DNA of 64,000 nt from positions 396,769-460,768 of the forward strand of contig OZ244779.1 in assembly GCA_965219575.1 (NCBI GenBank), in the 5' to 3' direction. Numbering within the stretch: the stretch's first letter is position 1; each line of letters opens with the position of its first letter. Source of the stretch: Candidatus Oxydemutatoraceae bacterium (GTDB taxonomy: Bacteria > Pseudomonadota > Gammaproteobacteria > Poriferisulfidales > Oxydemutatoraceae). Position numbers and translations under genes: made by a program. Shown piece after piece: positions 61,068 to 64,000 of this stretch. A model generated the notes under the pieces. The model made no database searches, was not told where the DNA came from, and saw only the letters and a program-made list of their open reading frames with translations.

Positions 61068-62042
61068 GTGATGAAGAAATTTATAACGCCGACTTTGTTC
61101 GTACTGATAACGCTGATTAGCGGTATCATCAACGCAGCCGAAACGGTACGTGTCGGAACACTACAATTCGGTACGGTCAATTGGGAACTCGATACTGCAC
61201 GGCATTACGGTCTCGATACCGAACAAGACATTCGTATCGAAGTCATGTCGTATGCAAATAAGCAAGCCGTACATATTATCTTCCAGAGTAAGGAAGTAGA
61301 TATGATTGTAACCGACTGGGTCTGGGTATCGCGCAAACGTGCCGAAGGGGATGACTTTAGTTTTATTCCTTACTCCTCGTCGTTGGGCGCGGTGATGGTG
61401 CCACCCGATTCGAATGTCGAGTCGTTGTCCGATTTACGCGATTTGAGGCTCGGTGTTGCCGGCGGCGCACACGATAAAAGTTGGTTGTTATTGCAAGCCT
61501 GGGGAAACAAGGAACATGACTTTGAGTTGTCCGACAGTGTTGACGTTAATTATGCGGCACCGCCGCTATTGAACGGCCAAATAGAACGAAACAACCTAGA
61601 TGCAGTTTTGAATTTTTGGCACTACAGTGCTCGTTTGGAAGCTATAAACTATAGTTCCCTAGTGAAAATGTCTGATGTAATGAAGGATTTGGGCATAGAC
61701 CCGATACCGATGGTAGGCTACACTTTCCGCAACGATTGGGCAAAGCAACATGACGGGCTGGTCGTGAGATTCAATAATGCGATACGCAATGCTCGAGAGC
61801 TTTTGCGCAGCGACGACGAAGCATGGAACAGATTGCGACCGATGATGCGCGCAGAGAACGAAGCAACATTCATCGCGCTACGCGATCACTATCGCAAGGG
61901 CATCCCGTTACAGTGGGGAGAAACCGATCGAAAGAGTGCAATACAACTGATGGCGATATTGTCCGAAATCGGTGGCAGAGAAGCGGTCGGTAACAGTACT
62001 CAACTCATGCCCGGAACTTTTTGGTCGCAAGGATACTTCTAA
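61068..62042 (+). CDS. ABC transporter substrate-binding protein of the type found in PQQ/lanthanide alcohol dehydrogenase clusters
   Basis: Signal peptide, GTVNWEL, DWVWVSR, AGG..DKSW, APPLL, LNFWH; adjacent to xoxF. Confidence 0.75.
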   Translation: MMKKFITPTLFVLITLISGIINAAETVRVGTLQFGTVNWELDTARHYGLDTEQDIRIEVMSYANKQAVHIIFQSKEVDMIVTDWVWVSRKRAEGDDFSFIPYSSSLGAVMVPPDSNVESLSDLRDLRLGVAGGAHDKSWLLLQAWGNKEHDFELSDSVDVNYAAPPLLNGQIERNNLDAVLNFWHYSARLEAINYSSLVKMSDVMKDLGIDPIPMVGYTFRNDWAKQHDGLVVRFNNAIRNARELLRSDDEAWNRLRPMMRAENEATFIALRDHYRKGIPLQWGETDRKSAIQLMAILSEIGGREAVGNSTQLMPGTFWSQGYF

Positions 62043-62172
62043 AAATTTTTAGGAATTATATACTTAAATACATAACTGATTAATGAAAGCTATATAACTC
62101 AAGGGTTATTTAAGGTTTTATTTATTTTAATTTTGTGACACAATGATACATAAATAACCTATGGAGATAAAC

Positions 62173-63120
62173 ATGAAAAGACGAGCTAAAACAATCGGCA
62201 TACTAGAGTTGCAAAAGATGTTTTCCACTGAATACAAAGCGAGTAAATGGTTTGAAGCTGTGCGTTGGAACGGCACCCCAGTATGTCCTAAATGCAATGC
62301 AGAGGATAACATAGTTAAGCGCAGAGATAAGCAACACCAGCACGCTTATTGCTGTAATTCGTGTAGTCCACAATACACATTTACGGTCAAAACTGGGACG
62401 CTAATGCATGCTTCAAAATTGCCTTTAGCAAAATGGGCGATTGTTTGTTATTTAATTCTAACGGCGCGTAAAGGTGTATCGTCTTTACAGCTATCAAAGG
62501 AATTAAGCATTACTCAAAAGTCGGCTTGGTTTATGCTACAGCGTGTCCGTGAGGCATGCCAGCAAGGTGCTTTTAAGCTATCGGGTTCAGTGGAAATAGA
62601 CGAAACCTATATTGGTGGTAAGGAAAGGAACAAGCACGAGAACAAGCAGTTGAAATCTGGCCGAGGTGTCGTTGGGAAATCTATCATACTCGGCATGCGC
62701 GAGAGATGCGGTAGAACTAAAGCGATGCCAGTTGCAAACACCAAGCAACCTACACTACACAGAGCAATAACTAGCAATGTAGAAATCGGTAGCCAATTAT
62801 ATACTGATGAACATTCAGGTTATTTGAGTGTCAGTGGTATGCTCTACAAACATGATACAGTCAATCATTTGGCGAAGGAATATGTCAATGGCATGATACA
62901 TACCAACGGCATAGAAAGCGTATGGGCTTTGCTTAAGCGCGGATTAAGCGGAACTTATCATCATGTCAGCATAAAGCATTTGCCGAGATATGTAGATGAG
63001 TTTTCTTTTAGATTGAACAAAGGAAACTGTCAAGTAGATACCCTAGAGCGCATGGCAGCACTAGCTAAAGGCTTTTTGGGTAAGCGATTAAGTTATAAAG
63101 AACTCACCGACAGTAATTAA
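62173..63120 (+). CDS. IS1595-family transposase
   Basis: Zn ribbon CPKC..CNSC, VEIDETYIGG, TDE, HTNGIESVW, YVDEFSFR. Confidence 0.93.
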   Translation: MKRRAKTIGILELQKMFSTEYKASKWFEAVRWNGTPVCPKCNAEDNIVKRRDKQHQHAYCCNSCSPQYTFTVKTGTLMHASKLPLAKWAIVCYLILTARKGVSSLQLSKELSITQKSAWFMLQRVREACQQGAFKLSGSVEIDETYIGGKERNKHENKQLKSGRGVVGKSIILGMRERCGRTKAMPVANTKQPTLHRAITSNVEIGSQLYTDEHSGYLSVSGMLYKHDTVNHLAKEYVNGMIHTNGIESVWALLKRGLSGTYHHVSIKHLPRYVDEFSFRLNKGNCQVDTLERMAALAKGFLGKRLSYKELTDSN

Positions 63121-63213
63121 AGTGGATAGCTTGGAGCGGTTTCATAACACAGCTGCAATCGCCAACAAGTATGTTGCCAGCGTTGTCAAGTGAAGTAAGC
63201 GAAAGTTTAAGAA

Positions 63214-63372
63214 ATGAACCCTAAAGATCATAAACCAATAAACGAAAGGGATTTTAAGGAAGCTATAAAAGAGGTGTTGCTAAAGCCTACCCCTAATCGC
63301 ACAAAGTATCAGAGCAAAAACCCCACAAATAAGGAGCTAAATACTCGCTTTAAGCTAGAAAAGCGAGAGTGA
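63214..63372 (+). CDS. 52-aa passenger ORF inside IS1595
   Basis: MNPKDHKPINERDFKEAIKEVLLKPTPNRTKYQSKNPTNKELNTRFKLEKRE; stop abuts the right TIR. Confidence 0.45.
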   Translation: MNPKDHKPINERDFKEAIKEVLLKPTPNRTKYQSKNPTNKELNTRFKLEKRE

Positions 63373-63736
63373 TTTATGTATTTAAGTATATAATTCCCAA
63401 ATTTTTGATGTCCCGACGGGCATTATCGCATTTATTTTATCTAATTCATTTATTTATTTATTTAAATCCGCTTAGCAAAGCATTATATAGCTTATGTTTT
63501 ATGGCTATTTGAAAATGTTTTAGTACGGCTTTGATTGATAAAATTATTCTTTACAAAAAGGACAATATACTATCTTTCTGCTATAGTCACACACATCACG
63601 GAGAGGAGGTGGAAGCTTTTTCTCTGCAGAAGAGAAAAGTCTATCCGTGAAGGACATGAGGTCCGATAAATTTTATGGATATGAAATTTTTGAGTTGAAT
63701 GGATTCTATTTTCTTTTGTACAAAAGGGAGGAAGAA

Positions 63737-64000
63737 ATGAGATTATTATCTACATTCTTTATGGCAACATTAGTTGCACTGGTCGGGACTTCCAGTCTAC
63801 ATGCTAACAGCATGTTGATGAAGATGTCCGAAGACCCCAATCAGTGGGTTATGCCCACTGGTAACTATGCCAACCATAGATACTCCGCATTAGACCAAAT
63901 TACTTCGGATAATGTCGGTGATCTAAAAGTTGCGTGGACCTTCTCTACAGGCGTTCTTAGAGGACACGAAGGTAACCCGCTGGTGGTTGGTGATATGATG
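63737..64000 (+). CDS. xoxF: PQQ-dependent methanol dehydrogenase, XoxF type (5' part; runs off the window)
   Basis: GGGAGG RBS; hand translation gives a signal peptide, then QWVMPTGNYANHRYSALDQI..VAWTFSTGVLRGHEGNPLVVGDMM. Confidence 0.8.
   Translation, partial: MRLLSTFFMATLVALVGTSSLHANSMLMKMSEDPNQWVMPTGNYANHRYSALDQITSDNVGDLKVAWTFSTGVLRGHEGNPLVVGDMM

Larger units (their letters stand above)
62051..63398 (+). mobile_element. IS1595-family insertion sequence, complete
   Basis: 24-bp perfect TIR GGAATTATATACTTAAATACATAA (62052-62075 / 63374-63397); 8-bp TSD AAATTTTT (62043-62050 / 63399-63406). Confidence 0.93.

Overview
A 64-kb chromosomal segment of a sulfur-oxidising gammaproteobacterium. 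Several features suggest a marine, host-associated lineage, but that is inference. It carries a reverse dsr operon (dsrABEFHCMK, ending after dsrK), dsrR and other sulfur-oxidiser accessory genes, and PQQ/XoxF-type alcohol oxidation genes (SoxYZ-like carrier, aldehyde dehydrogenase, acs, ABC substrate-binding protein, 5' part of xoxF). It also has housekeeping genes (gltD, hemE, gmk, suhB, maf, sppA, rluC, purD, recG, ridA, spoT, rpoZ, metG), glycan-modifying genes and a complete IS1595 element. The most striking non-gene signal is a dense family of about 15 mosaic intergenic elements. Each has IS-like terminal inverted repeats (GGGGCTGTTGAAAAAGTA) enclosing GTAG-type REP/REPIN cores in either orientation, and the REPs can themselves carry a nested hairpin. 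Some copies have 4-5 bp flanking duplications, one pair of ends brackets an Rpn nuclease gene, and several copies sit where conserved operons are broken. Other notable items are a duplicated secreted-peptide locus (an EGxCG-repeat HvfA-like RiPP precursor plus a Cys-free His/Met-repeat sibling), a methyltransferase-nuclease-GHKL ATPase island with 13-bp flanking direct repeats, an RnfB::RnfC-tail fusion and an archaeal-looking PurD. No rRNA, tRNA or CRISPR array was seen. All family calls come from motif recognition, not database searches.
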